From IMG/VR virus record IMGVR_UViG_3300045256_000050, positions 124,001 to 188,000 of that record: a stretch of 64,000 bases of DNA, one strand, 5' to 3'. The notes under the pieces were generated by a model. It saw only the letters and a list, made by a program, of their open reading frames with translations, was not told where the DNA came from and did no database searches. Positions within the stretch are counted from its first letter, which is position 1; every line of letters begins with the position of its first letter. This document shows positions 56,331-64,000 of the stretch, in pieces. The position numbers and the translations under genes were made by a program.

Positions 56331-56945
56331 TTACAGTGGTGCTTCGGGTTGTAAAGCAGCTTTTTCAGCCGCCTCACGCATCGCCAGGATCACGGGTTGC
56401 AGGTCCGCCCACACGTCGGCCTTCGCTGCGGGCGTCCTCAACAAATACGAGGGGTGGTAGGTGCAAATGACCCGCTTCCCCTTGTATTCGTGTTCACCAC
56501 GCAAACTACCCATCGACCGTTCCTCTGGCTTGCCCAGCAGGTAGATCGATGCCGTCTTGCCGAGACAGATGATCCACTTGGGGTCAACGACCTTGATCTG
56601 GAGATCGAGGAACGGGCGGCAGTTGGCCGCTTCTTCCTTCGTGGGCGTCCGGTTGAACGGAGGGCGGCACTTGAGGATGTTGCAGATGAAGATGTGTTCC
56701 CGCTTCCACCCTGCGGCGGCGATGAGCTTGTCGAGAAGCTGACCGGCTTTACCGACGAAAGGTCGCCCGGACCACGCCTCGTCCTCTCCCGGAGCTTCAC
56801 CGAGGATAAGGATGTCGGCGTTCGGGTGGCCCTCGCCGGGGACGTATTTGTACTCGAAGTGATTCCGGTACTCCGAAAGACCACTGCACTTGTTACATGC
56901 AGTGATCTTGGTGTTGATGACTTCTAACGCTTGCGACTTGAGCAT
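56331..56945 (-). CDS. udg: Uracil-DNA glycosylase family 4 (Fe-S type)
   Basis: CNKC, GEAPG, GRPFVGKAG, NILKCRPP, TYHPS. Confidence 0.9.
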   Translation of the reverse strand: MLKSQALEVINTKITACNKCSGLSEYRNHFEYKYVPGEGHPNADILILGEAPGEDEAWSGRPFVGKAGQLLDKLIAAAGWKREHIFICNILKCRPPFNRTPTKEEAANCRPFLDLQIKVVDPKWIICLGKTASIYLLGKPEERSMGSLRGEHEYKGKRVICTYHPSYLLRTPAAKADVWADLQPVILAMREAAEKAALQPEAPL

Positions 56946-56952
56946 CCTGCCC

Positions 56953-57168
56953 TCAATCCTGGTAGTCCTTGTCGAAGTCGGGCTTTTTGCCCTCGTTCCA
57001 CCAGTAGGTGTTTTTCTGGTCGTCTTCGGTCTTGGCGTTCGTTGTCTTCACCAACTTGTTCAGACAGAGACAGCCGACGATGACGGTTCCCAGAATCCCG
57101 CAGACGATCCCCATCCAGAAGTCCGGCGAGTTCATGACCCCGCCGGACCCGTAGGTTGCGAACAGCAT
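56953..57168 (-). CDS. Small single-pass membrane protein
   Basis: FWMGIVCGILGTVIVGCLCL. Confidence 0.5.
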   Translation of the reverse strand: MLFATYGSGGVMNSPDFWMGIVCGILGTVIVGCLCLNKLVKTTNAKTEDDQKNTYWWNEGKKPDFDKDYQD

Positions 57169-57169
57169 C

Positions 57170-57777
57170 TCACTCCTCCTGAGTAACTGGTTCCGACTCC
57201 GTTTTGAGAACCGGGGTGGCCCCCTCGAACATTACCTCTTCCCGGTTGGCGATCCGCTTGAGCGGCGGGATGTCCAACGCCACCACTTCCTGACGGGTGA
57301 TGGTGAGGTTCGGGTTCTTCCGGGCGGCGTGCATCGGCGGGAGCTTGTCCAACTCCTCGGTGCTGAACGGCCGCTCGGTCTTCCGTCGAGCGAGGTAGGT
57401 GCCCCGCTTGAAGAAGTCCGGGTAGTTGTTCCAGTTGACCCCGTGGGTCTGGAACATCATCTCCTGCATCATGCTGCTCGACTTGTTCTGCAACTCCTTG
57501 TGCGAGAACATCGACTGAGCCGCCATGCTGACGCTGTTCCGGGTGGCATCCATCTCCCGCCAGATCAGGTAGTTGGTCGCCTCCCAATCCGTCGGCACGT
57601 TGTACACCCGTGCGTCGAACAGGGGCATCCGGTCGGCCTTCTCTGGGAGGTAGTCCTTCAGGTTGCGGTTGAAAAACGCCGTGGTCATCGACGCCAACAC
57701 GGAAGTCATCTTCAACAACTTGGCGTCGAAGAAGTGTTCGGCGTCGATCTCGTCGGAGTACCACACGAGCGAGATTT
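57170..57777 (-). CDS. thg1: tRNA-His guanylyltransferase (Thg1-like), exon 2
   Basis: EISLVWY...KMTSVLAS...FDARV...YLIWREMDATRNS...FKRGT. Confidence 0.85.
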
Positions 57778-60136
57778 GTCGGGTAAGGGCGGAACATCGC
57801 TGCCCGCCCTCCCCTAAGAACCGTGCGTGTAAGTTTCCCTTCACACGGCTCAAGCAATCGGCTTAGCCACCAATCACGCCTTCTTCCCGTGCTTTGCCAG
57901 ATGGCAGTACAAGTGAAGAATGCGGAGGTTTGCGAGGCTGTCGTCCCCACCTTCCGAACGAGGCTTCACATGATGCTCATGTAACTCCTCGCCGTTGTTG
58001 AGGCTTTCGCCGCACTCAGGACACAAGAAGTTCTGTTGTTTGGCGACCTGACGCTTCTTGACAGTCAAGAGGTCGGACGCCTTTTCAGCGTCCCGCTCCT
58101 CCCAATACTGTTCAAGGGCGGGGTCGTCCCAGCAGGCGAACCGCTGGACAACAACGTGCCTCTTGATGAGAACCCAAGAAGGTTTCATCATGTAGCATTC
58201 GGACGTGCCGAACACCCATTTTGCACCCTTCCGGTAGTTCCCCCAATACCGCTTCAGCCACCCCCAACTCTTGTTGGCGTGACGCCGCCTGACCCAACGG
58301 TATTGCAGTTGGACCAGATAGTTGTCGAGGCCGTCAAAAGTTCGGGACGCCACCGAGCATCGGAAGTAGTTGCACCACCCACGGATGATCGGGTTCACTC
58401 TGGAGATCAGTTCTTCCAAAGGTCGCCCGTCATACTTGCGGAAGGTTTCCTTCAGCTTCTGCTTGATGGCCTTCACGGACTTCTTGCTGGGCTTGATGAA
58501 GAGCTTGTCGCCCTTCTTCGAGGTCAGCGTCTTGTACCTCCTGATGTTGAACCCAAGGAAGTCGAAACCTTCGTCCAGATGGGTGATACGGGTCTTTTCC
58601 TCAGAGAGTTCCAGACCACGTTCCTTCAACCAGACAACTAGCTTCGCCCGAATTGCTTCGGCTTCCTCCTTGGAGTGACACAACACCACGAAGTCGTCGG
58701 CGTACCTGACCAGCCCAACCGAGTTCGGAGCCAGTTCGTAGGTGGTCTTCCCGGTCCCCTTGCGGGTGTTTTTCCGGTACTTGACGCCCAGAACCTCCTC
58801 CATTCCGTGAAGAGCGATATTCGCCAACAAGGGACTAATCACTCCACCTTGCGGCGTACCCGCATGGGTGTCGTGGTAGCTGCCGTCGAATTCGACGTAA
58901 CCCGCCTTCAGCCATTGCCGGATCAATTCCCTTGCGGGAAAATTCCCGATCAACTGCATCAGCTTGTCGTGGTCGATGTTGTCGAAGGCTCCCTTGATGT
59001 CAGCGTCCAGCACCCACAATTTCCCACCTTGGCTGGTGAGTTTGAAGATGCGAGCGATGGCATCTTGGCAAGAGCGTTTCGGTCGGAAACCGTAGGACGA
59101 GTCCTCGAACTTCGCTTCCCAGAACGGTTCCAGTGCGTTAAGCACCATCGCCTGAACAGCACGGTTCGTGATGTCAGGGATGCCCAAAGGACGGAGCTTG
59201 CCGTTGGCTTTCGGTATATAAATCCGTCGTGCGGGACACTTCTTGGCGAGTTGGTATTCAGCCAACTCGTCCACGAGGCGTCCCCTTGCTTCGGGGGTTT
59301 TGACAACGATCTTGTCCACCCCCGGCGTCGTCCTCCCTTTGTTCAACTGCGTCACCCGTCGAACCGCCAGACAGCGGTTCTCGTAGCTCCGCAGCATAAC
59401 ATGCTGAAGACTTCGCACCCTCTTGAGGTTTCCCTCTTTGGCGGCACGGAAAATCTCTTGGCGAAGGCGGCGTACAAAAGTGACGACGTGGGACCAGTCA
59501 ATGCTGTTCCAGTCGCACTTTTGCTGGGAACTTACGCTTTGCTTTTCGTTCTCCATTTATCCCTCCTTCCCTTGAAATCTTCCGTCCGATCACCTGTCGG
59601 AATTCAGCACCCTTTCGGGTCGGGCATTACCCTATCCAGCCGGTTATGGATTCCCGTTGCCTTTCGGCTGCTGGCATTCGCTTGATCCGACATCCTTTAC
59701 CTGCTGGGGAGTCCAGTGTTGCTCACGCTTCACTTGCTTTCGGGCCGAAACCTTCAAGACCCCAACAGGCTTAACACGTTCCGCAGAACCGAAGGTACGA
59801 CTGCCGTAGGTAGTTCCTATACGCCGGGGATCGGAGGGGTGTTACTGGCCGTTGCCAGACGAAGACAGCCAGCCCTTCTGTGATCCCAGATAACCCGGCG
59901 TCAATTGCATTGCCGAGCCTACTCATCACGACGCTTCAAATGGAACTTCGCTTTCGCTTACCGTAGCAGTCTTTCCCCCGCCCCGGCTTTCTCCCGCAAT
60001 TTGGGTACTCGCCGTTGGGCATTCTTGCTCCCAGCTTCACACGCCTCCGTTGCCAGAGACGCATGTGGGATGGGGAAAAGGTTTAACACAAACCTTGGAG
60101 TTACCTCCACTTCAGTTCAGCGACCTCGTGTCGCAC
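57778..60136 (-). mobile_element. Group II intron (IIB, probably chloroplast-like class) inserted in thg1
   Basis: 5' end GTGCG at 60136; domain V GAGCCGTGTGAAGGGAAACTTACACGCACGGTTC at 57851-57818; 3' end ...TACCCGAC at 57778; excision restores the frame. Confidence 0.92.
57874..59556 (-). CDS. ltrA: Intron-encoded reverse transcriptase/maturase with HNH endonuclease domain
   Basis: TPGVD, LRPLGIP, PQGGVISPLLAN, RYADD, RGWCNYF, CPEC...HHVKPRSEGG...N...H..CH. Confidence 0.95.
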   Translation of the reverse strand: MENEKQSVSSQQKCDWNSIDWSHVVTFVRRLRQEIFRAAKEGNLKRVRSLQHVMLRSYENRCLAVRRVTQLNKGRTTPGVDKIVVKTPEARGRLVDELAEYQLAKKCPARRIYIPKANGKLRPLGIPDITNRAVQAMVLNALEPFWEAKFEDSSYGFRPKRSCQDAIARIFKLTSQGGKLWVLDADIKGAFDNIDHDKLMQLIGNFPARELIRQWLKAGYVEFDGSYHDTHAGTPQGGVISPLLANIALHGMEEVLGVKYRKNTRKGTGKTTYELAPNSVGLVRYADDFVVLCHSKEEAEAIRAKLVVWLKERGLELSEEKTRITHLDEGFDFLGFNIRRYKTLTSKKGDKLFIKPSKKSVKAIKQKLKETFRKYDGRPLEELISRVNPIIRGWCNYFRCSVASRTFDGLDNYLVQLQYRWVRRRHANKSWGWLKRYWGNYRKGAKWVFGTSECYMMKPSWVLIKRHVVVQRFACWDDPALEQYWEERDAEKASDLLTVKKRQVAKQQNFLCPECGESLNNGEELHEHHVKPRSEGGDDSLANLRILHLYCHLAKHGKKA

Positions 60137-60368
60137 CGTCGCTCTGGGTGTAACCGACCCGTGCGTTCGTCTCTTGGACGAGGAACTTGGTGGTCGCCAC
60201 CATGAGCCGGGACAGCCGCTCGTCGAACGGCCGCTTCAGACCCGCAGTGAAGGTGTGGAACGCCTTGCCGTCCATCCGGGCCACGATGGGAATGAGCGGA
60301 AGGAGTTGTTGGCCTGAGTATTGGAACTCGTAGCCCTTCATGCGGTCGCCGAGACTGTCCTTCTTCAT
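60137..60368 (-). CDS. thg1: Thg1-like protein, exon 1
   Basis: LGDRMKGYE...ARMDGKAFHTFT...RPFD...YTQSD. Confidence 0.88.
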
Positions 60369-60393
60369 GTCTTCTCCCTGTTTCAGTTCGATC

Positions 60394-60422
60394 AGTCTAC
60401 CTCGGAGTTTTCCCGCTGTAAA
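60394..60422 (-). promoter_or_regulatory. Early-type promoter of thg1
   Basis: TTTACA-17 nt-TAGACT. Confidence 0.55.
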
Positions 60423-60481
60423 CCACTTCTGTCCTAAAATTGCGTCCGAAATGCCAGTACATACGGGTGGAGGAACTACCC

Positions 60482-60778
60482 ATGATTATTTGTATTCTGG
60501 CACCCAACGACAAGGTTGAAGTGGTGCGGGAGCGGGCTAAGCAAATCCCCAAGTTTGCCAACCACACCGCCCTGTCGGTCCCCGTTTCGGCAACCGGCGA
60601 TCTCCCGGCGACTCATTGGTTCTGCACTTTCAGCACAGACGAGGAGTTGTACGCACAGATCAAAGCCCTACAGGAATTCAGTGAGGTTGTCGAGGCCGAC
60701 CCGAAGGCGTTCCTCGAAGGCAAGAAGCTTAAGCCAATTCCGCTACGCAAGGTCATCGCCGCTGGAAAGGTACAGTAA
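60482..60778 (+). CDS. Hypothetical protein
   Basis: GGAGG RBS; TACATA upstream; coupled to next gene. Confidence 0.6.
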   Translation: MIICILAPNDKVEVVRERAKQIPKFANHTALSVPVSATGDLPATHWFCTFSTDEELYAQIKALQEFSEVVEADPKAFLEGKKLKPIPLRKVIAAGKVQ

Positions 60779-61395
60779 TGAAGTTTGTCGTGCAGCCCGA
60801 CTTCATCACGCAAGATGAAGTCGGGATCATCAAGTCGTATGAGAAGCCGCAGATCGGCGAAATCCAGAACTACCACATCAAGTCTGTGAACGATGCGGCT
60901 CGGGGCTGGACGATCATGAAGGACTTCAGCCGGACCGACGCCTCGAAGGAAGTCACCCGCTTCCAGGGCGACGGCACGCTCGTCGAAGAAGTGCCGGTCT
61001 ACTTCAAAGACCTGGGCCACAGGATCGCTCGGGCCGTTGGCGTGAGCGACGAACACATGTTCTTCCAGTACATCGTGATTGGTCCCGGCGGCGAGATTCG
61101 CAAACACTACGACGCCGGGAAACCGGGTTACATCACTTACAAGTGCAACGTGTGCGTCGAAGGCCCAGCCGACGACTTCATCTACGTCGGCGACGACGTG
61201 CTGTCGGCCAAGCCACTCGGCCTGTACTGCTTCGAGGCCAACCTGTATAAGCACTGGATGGACACGAGCGACGTGACCCGCATCGTCTTAAGCTACGGGT
61301 TCCTCGTCCCCTACGACTCCCTGGGATGGGCCGAGGACAGCCCCCGCATCCGGTTGAGCAACCGCATCTGGCAGGCTTACATCGGTCGGGGCTAA
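60778..61395 (+). CDS. 2OG-Fe(II) oxygenase
   Basis: HYD...H(WM)...R(IVLS) facial-triad pattern. Confidence 0.75.
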   Translation: MKFVVQPDFITQDEVGIIKSYEKPQIGEIQNYHIKSVNDAARGWTIMKDFSRTDASKEVTRFQGDGTLVEEVPVYFKDLGHRIARAVGVSDEHMFFQYIVIGPGGEIRKHYDAGKPGYITYKCNVCVEGPADDFIYVGDDVLSAKPLGLYCFEANLYKHWMDTSDVTRIVLSYGFLVPYDSLGWAEDSPRIRLSNRIWQAYIGRG

Positions 61396-61698
61396 GAACT
61401 TGGTCTTGAACTCGTGGTAAGCAAGGATGGCGGGGTTGAGGATGGCACAGTCCGCCCCCGTCAGGTACTTGCAGGTCATGAACGTCGGGTAGTCCTTGAC
61501 CTTGTGCCTAGACGCCTTGTCGATGTACTCGTACATGCACCAAACGTCTTCTGGCAGCTTCTCTCCCGCCTGCTTGAATGCCAGGGGCAGGAAGATCACC
61601 GCCAGGAGACGCTTGTCGTCTTCGGGAATCATCCAACTCCCGAAGACCTTGCCGTCTACGACATCAACCGCCAGTTGTTTGAGTTCCGCTTCGGTCAT
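61288..61698 (-). CDS. Hypothetical protein
   Basis: AAGGA RBS; convergent overlap with the oxygenase gene. Confidence 0.5.
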   Translation of the reverse strand: MTEAELKQLAVDVVDGKVFGSWMIPEDDKRLLAVIFLPLAFKQAGEKLPEDVWCMYEYIDKASRHKVKDYPTFMTCKYLTGADCAILNPAILAYHEFKTKFLAPTDVSLPDAVAQPDAGAVLGPSQGVVGDEEPVA

Positions 61699-61942
61699 CC
61701 GATTCCTTCGGTAGTGGCGGGCACGGGTTGCCGTCCTCGTCCACGAATCCTGTCTTGTAAAAGTCGTACTCGATGTAGCCGCAGAAGCCAAGTCCGCAGA
61801 ACTTCCAGTCGTCCTTGAACTGCTGGGGCACGTCCACCTTCACCCCATTCTCGTACAACTCAACCTCATGGACATTGAGGTTCTGCATCTCCCGGTACTT
61901 CTGGATCAGTGCCCGGACTTCTTCTACGTCTACTCGGATCAT
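61664..61942 (-). CDS. Hypothetical protein
   Basis: Coupled to Nudix stop. Confidence 0.5.
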   Translation of the reverse strand: MIRVDVEEVRALIQKYREMQNLNVHEVELYENGVKVDVPQQFKDDWKFCGLGFCGYIEYDFYKTGFVDEDGNPCPPLPKESDDRSGTQTTGG

Positions 61943-62592
61943 GTGGGTGGCAACATGTAAGAGGTTGAGATACGGCCCATCTGCCGGATCATGTACAGCA
62001 TGGGCCACGCCTTCGCAGCGATCACCACGCCCTCGAACTCGTCGGTCCGGTCGCAGAGCCGCTTGACGCCCTCGTAGTCGAGTAGCATCGGCTCGATGAT
62101 TTCTTCTTCTTCGTGGCCTTCCACGTCGAGCTTGCCGCTCGCCAGACAGAAGACCATCTGCACCGACTCGTCGCTCAGCCCGGCGGACGACACGATGGGC
62201 GGGCTGACTTGCAGCACACGCTCCAGCGTCAGCCCGGCCTCTTCTTTCAGTTCACGACGGGCGGCTTCGACCGGACCCTCGTCGCCGTCGATCAGTCCCG
62301 CAACGAACCCATACTCGAAGTTCTGGATCGGGTGCCGCCACTCCTTCGTGACGAGCAGCTTGAGTTCGTCCTGGCCTTCGACTGCGACGAAGGCCATGCA
62401 GATCACGGCGTCCGGTTGGATGTTCTGGAAGCTCTTGGAGAGGGCCGGGAGCTTCTTGCGGGAAGCCATCAGCCACGAACCCTTCTTCAACGTCCCGTTG
62501 CCTTCATCCCCGGTCTGGTAGTCCATCCGGTAGACGTTGAGCCAGGGGGTGTTGAGCAGGGTTTCCATCCCGGTGAGGGTCGTCGGCTTCAT
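61939..62592 (-). CDS. Nudix hydrolase, ADP-ribose pyrophosphatase-like
   Basis: Nudix box AGLIDGDEGPVEAARRELKEEAGL; EWRHP...YGFVAG; SAGLSDE. Confidence 0.8.
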   Translation of the reverse strand: MKPTTLTGMETLLNTPWLNVYRMDYQTGDEGNGTLKKGSWLMASRKKLPALSKSFQNIQPDAVICMAFVAVEGQDELKLLVTKEWRHPIQNFEYGFVAGLIDGDEGPVEAARRELKEEAGLTLERVLQVSPPIVSSAGLSDESVQMVFCLASGKLDVEGHEEEEIIEPMLLDYEGVKRLCDRTDEFEGVVIAAKAWPMLYMIRQMGRISTSYMLPPT

Positions 62593-62593
62593 C

Positions 62594-62821
62594 TCAGTCG
62601 TCTCCGAAAAGTTTGCGGGCATTAGCGATGGCGGGCACGAGGAGATCGAAAGCCTTCTTCTGGCTCTCGATCTCACGCTCGTGCCCGTCAGTGACGACCC
62701 CCGTCGGCGTCAGTACGCCGACGGTGCCGTAGGTATCAAGGTGCTTGTAAGCGTGTTCCGCCGCCTCCAGCAGCTTCAGGAACACAACGTCGTCACCCAC
62801 GTTCTTCTGTTGCTTAGGCAT
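62594..62821 (-). CDS. Hypothetical protein
   Basis: AAGGAG RBS, 75 aa. Confidence 0.55.
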   Translation of the reverse strand: MPKQQKNVGDDVVFLKLLEAAEHAYKHLDTYGTVGVLTPTGVVTDGHEREIESQKKAFDLLVPAIANARKLFGDD

Positions 62822-62836
62822 CCTTGCCGCTCCTTC

Positions 62837-63934
62837 TTAGTGGAACTCGGTCCCACCCTTCCGCTCGTGGTAGTCCACCGAGATCGACTTCAGGATAACA
62901 CGCCCGAAGTTCGGCAGCAACTCGGAATACCGTTCCTTAACAGGCGTGACCACCACGCCCTCCCGGCCCTTGAACTTACTGGTGTTCTCCTCGGCCGAGC
63001 AGACGGTCGTCGTGCCGTCCGTGTGCTGCGTCAGCACGTCCATACTGAACGGCCCACGGTACAGGATCGGCACCATGTCGATCCCGTGCTTCTTGAACAA
63101 CTCCACTTTCACGTCGAAATCCAGGTACTTGCCGTTCACGGCGATGTCGAACGCCCGGTAGGCGGCGGTCTTCACCCCGTAGGCCATGTCCTGAATGCCC
63201 GGTCCGTAGATTTCTCCGTACACCACCACGTTGTTCTGGTGGGCACAGAGTTCCACGAGCAGGTTCTTCATGTTGTCGGTCATCGGCAGCCAGTAGAGCG
63301 ACTTCACGCCCTTGTCGTTCTGCGGCTTCCGACGGGTGCCGTGCGAACCGGCGACGAACGTCCACTCCATGCTGCCGTCCGTGTCGTTCGGCTGCTGGAC
63401 GATCCCGACCCGGCTGTTGGTGCCGTGCAGCTTCTCCGTGAAGATCACTTCCTCGCCGTCCACCAGCACGCCGGGGAAGTTCCCGATGTTCTCGATGTCG
63501 GTGTAGGCGTGGAACGTCCCGATGGGCGGGGCGGCATCGCCGTCCATCGCCTTGACCGGCGGCTCGTACTTCTTCACGCCCCAGGCTTCGACCATGCTCG
63601 TCCCGACGGGGAGGCTCTGGTCGTCGAGCGGGGCGAGGAACCCCTGCGACCGCTCACCCCGGAGGCGGGCCGCACGGATACGCTGGCCCGGTGGCCGGGT
63701 GCCGTCGATCTGCTTGGCGAGCGGGGCGGTGTACTTCGTGATGCCCCACTTGTCCGTCAGAGCTTCACTGACGACAGAATCGGGCGGCAGGTACACGCCT
63801 TTCTGGCCGACCTGCCAGTTGCCGGTCCCGCTGATGACCCACCAGTTTTTGACCCGAACGAGTTCGAGTCGGTCGGCACCGGGGTGCTTCTTGACTTCTT
63901 CGACCTGAACTACGTCAACGATCAGGGTACTCAT
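62837..63934 (-). CDS. RNA ligase, DRB0094-type (N-terminal OB-like domain plus Rnl2 core)
   Basis: HPGADRLE, RLRGERSQG, EKLHGTN, YGEIYG, AFDI, REGVVV, LKSIS. Confidence 0.85.
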   Translation of the reverse strand: MSTLIVDVVQVEEVKKHPGADRLELVRVKNWWVISGTGNWQVGQKGVYLPPDSVVSEALTDKWGITKYTAPLAKQIDGTRPPGQRIRAARLRGERSQGFLAPLDDQSLPVGTSMVEAWGVKKYEPPVKAMDGDAAPPIGTFHAYTDIENIGNFPGVLVDGEEVIFTEKLHGTNSRVGIVQQPNDTDGSMEWTFVAGSHGTRRKPQNDKGVKSLYWLPMTDNMKNLLVELCAHQNNVVVYGEIYGPGIQDMAYGVKTAAYRAFDIAVNGKYLDFDVKVELFKKHGIDMVPILYRGPFSMDVLTQHTDGTTTVCSAEENTSKFKGREGVVVTPVKERYSELLPNFGRVILKSISVDYHERKGGTEFH

Positions 63935-64000
63935 CGTGCCCTCCTTTCGGCAGTAAGACACTGCCCAGGAGGGCAGGTTCACATCTTGAAGGAATCGCCC

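Noticed and set aside
57170-57853. 227-aa ORF starting MSRVKGNL as a stand-alone gene
   Set aside because: Its first 25 codons are intron domains V/VI; the real coding part is thg1 exon 2 from 57777.
57874-59556. RT as a DGR, retron or Abi RT diversifying the fibre/LamG genes
   Set aside because: It has maturase and HNH domains, YADD, and complete group II intron RNA boundaries; no template/variable repeat pair with A-specific mismatches was seen.
1-64000. Stop-codon reassignment, tRNA or rRNA genes
   Set aside because: Conserved genes are full length in the standard code; no cloverleaf or rRNA was recognised by eye (tRNAscan not run).
1-64000. Contractile injection system (eCIS/tailocin) or prophage interpretation of sheath plus multiple tubes
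   Set aside because: Capsid, scaffold, neck proteins and gp55 show a true T4-like phage; no integrase or host flank is present in the window.

Overview
A 64-kb segment of a large, GC-rich T4-like myophage genome (standard genetic code; host possibly Planctomycetota, from one protein motif). About 0-46 kb is mostly virion morphogenesis: scaffold, gp23 major capsid, gp13/gp14 neck, gp15, gp18 sheath, 6-7 gp19-fold tube paralogs, gp26/gp51-like hub proteins, tail-fibre-like and LamG-like paralog arrays. Interspersed are a gp55-like late sigma factor, HNH endonucleases, Dam, glycosyltransferases, a Holliday junction resolvase and a Cys-less LOV/PAS protein. About 46-64 kb is a mainly minus-strand metabolic block. 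It holds a complete four-enzyme Preiss-Handler NAD+ salvage route (pncA, pncB, nadD, nadE) interleaved with a TerY-P-type vWA/PP2C/kinase triad, plus Map, family-4 UDG, a Thg1-like guanylyltransferase split by an intact group II intron, a 2OG-Fe(II) oxygenase, a Nudix hydrolase and an RNA ligase. The main highlights are the NAD+ reconstitution/signalling operon, the Cys-less LOV sensor, a probable -1 frameshift joining gp26 and gp51, the intron in the Thg1 catalytic SDE motif, and a TA(G/A)ATA-N4-ATG late-promoter motif that often precedes proteins with T4-like capsid-targeting leaders. All family calls come from motif recognition by eye; no database searches were run.
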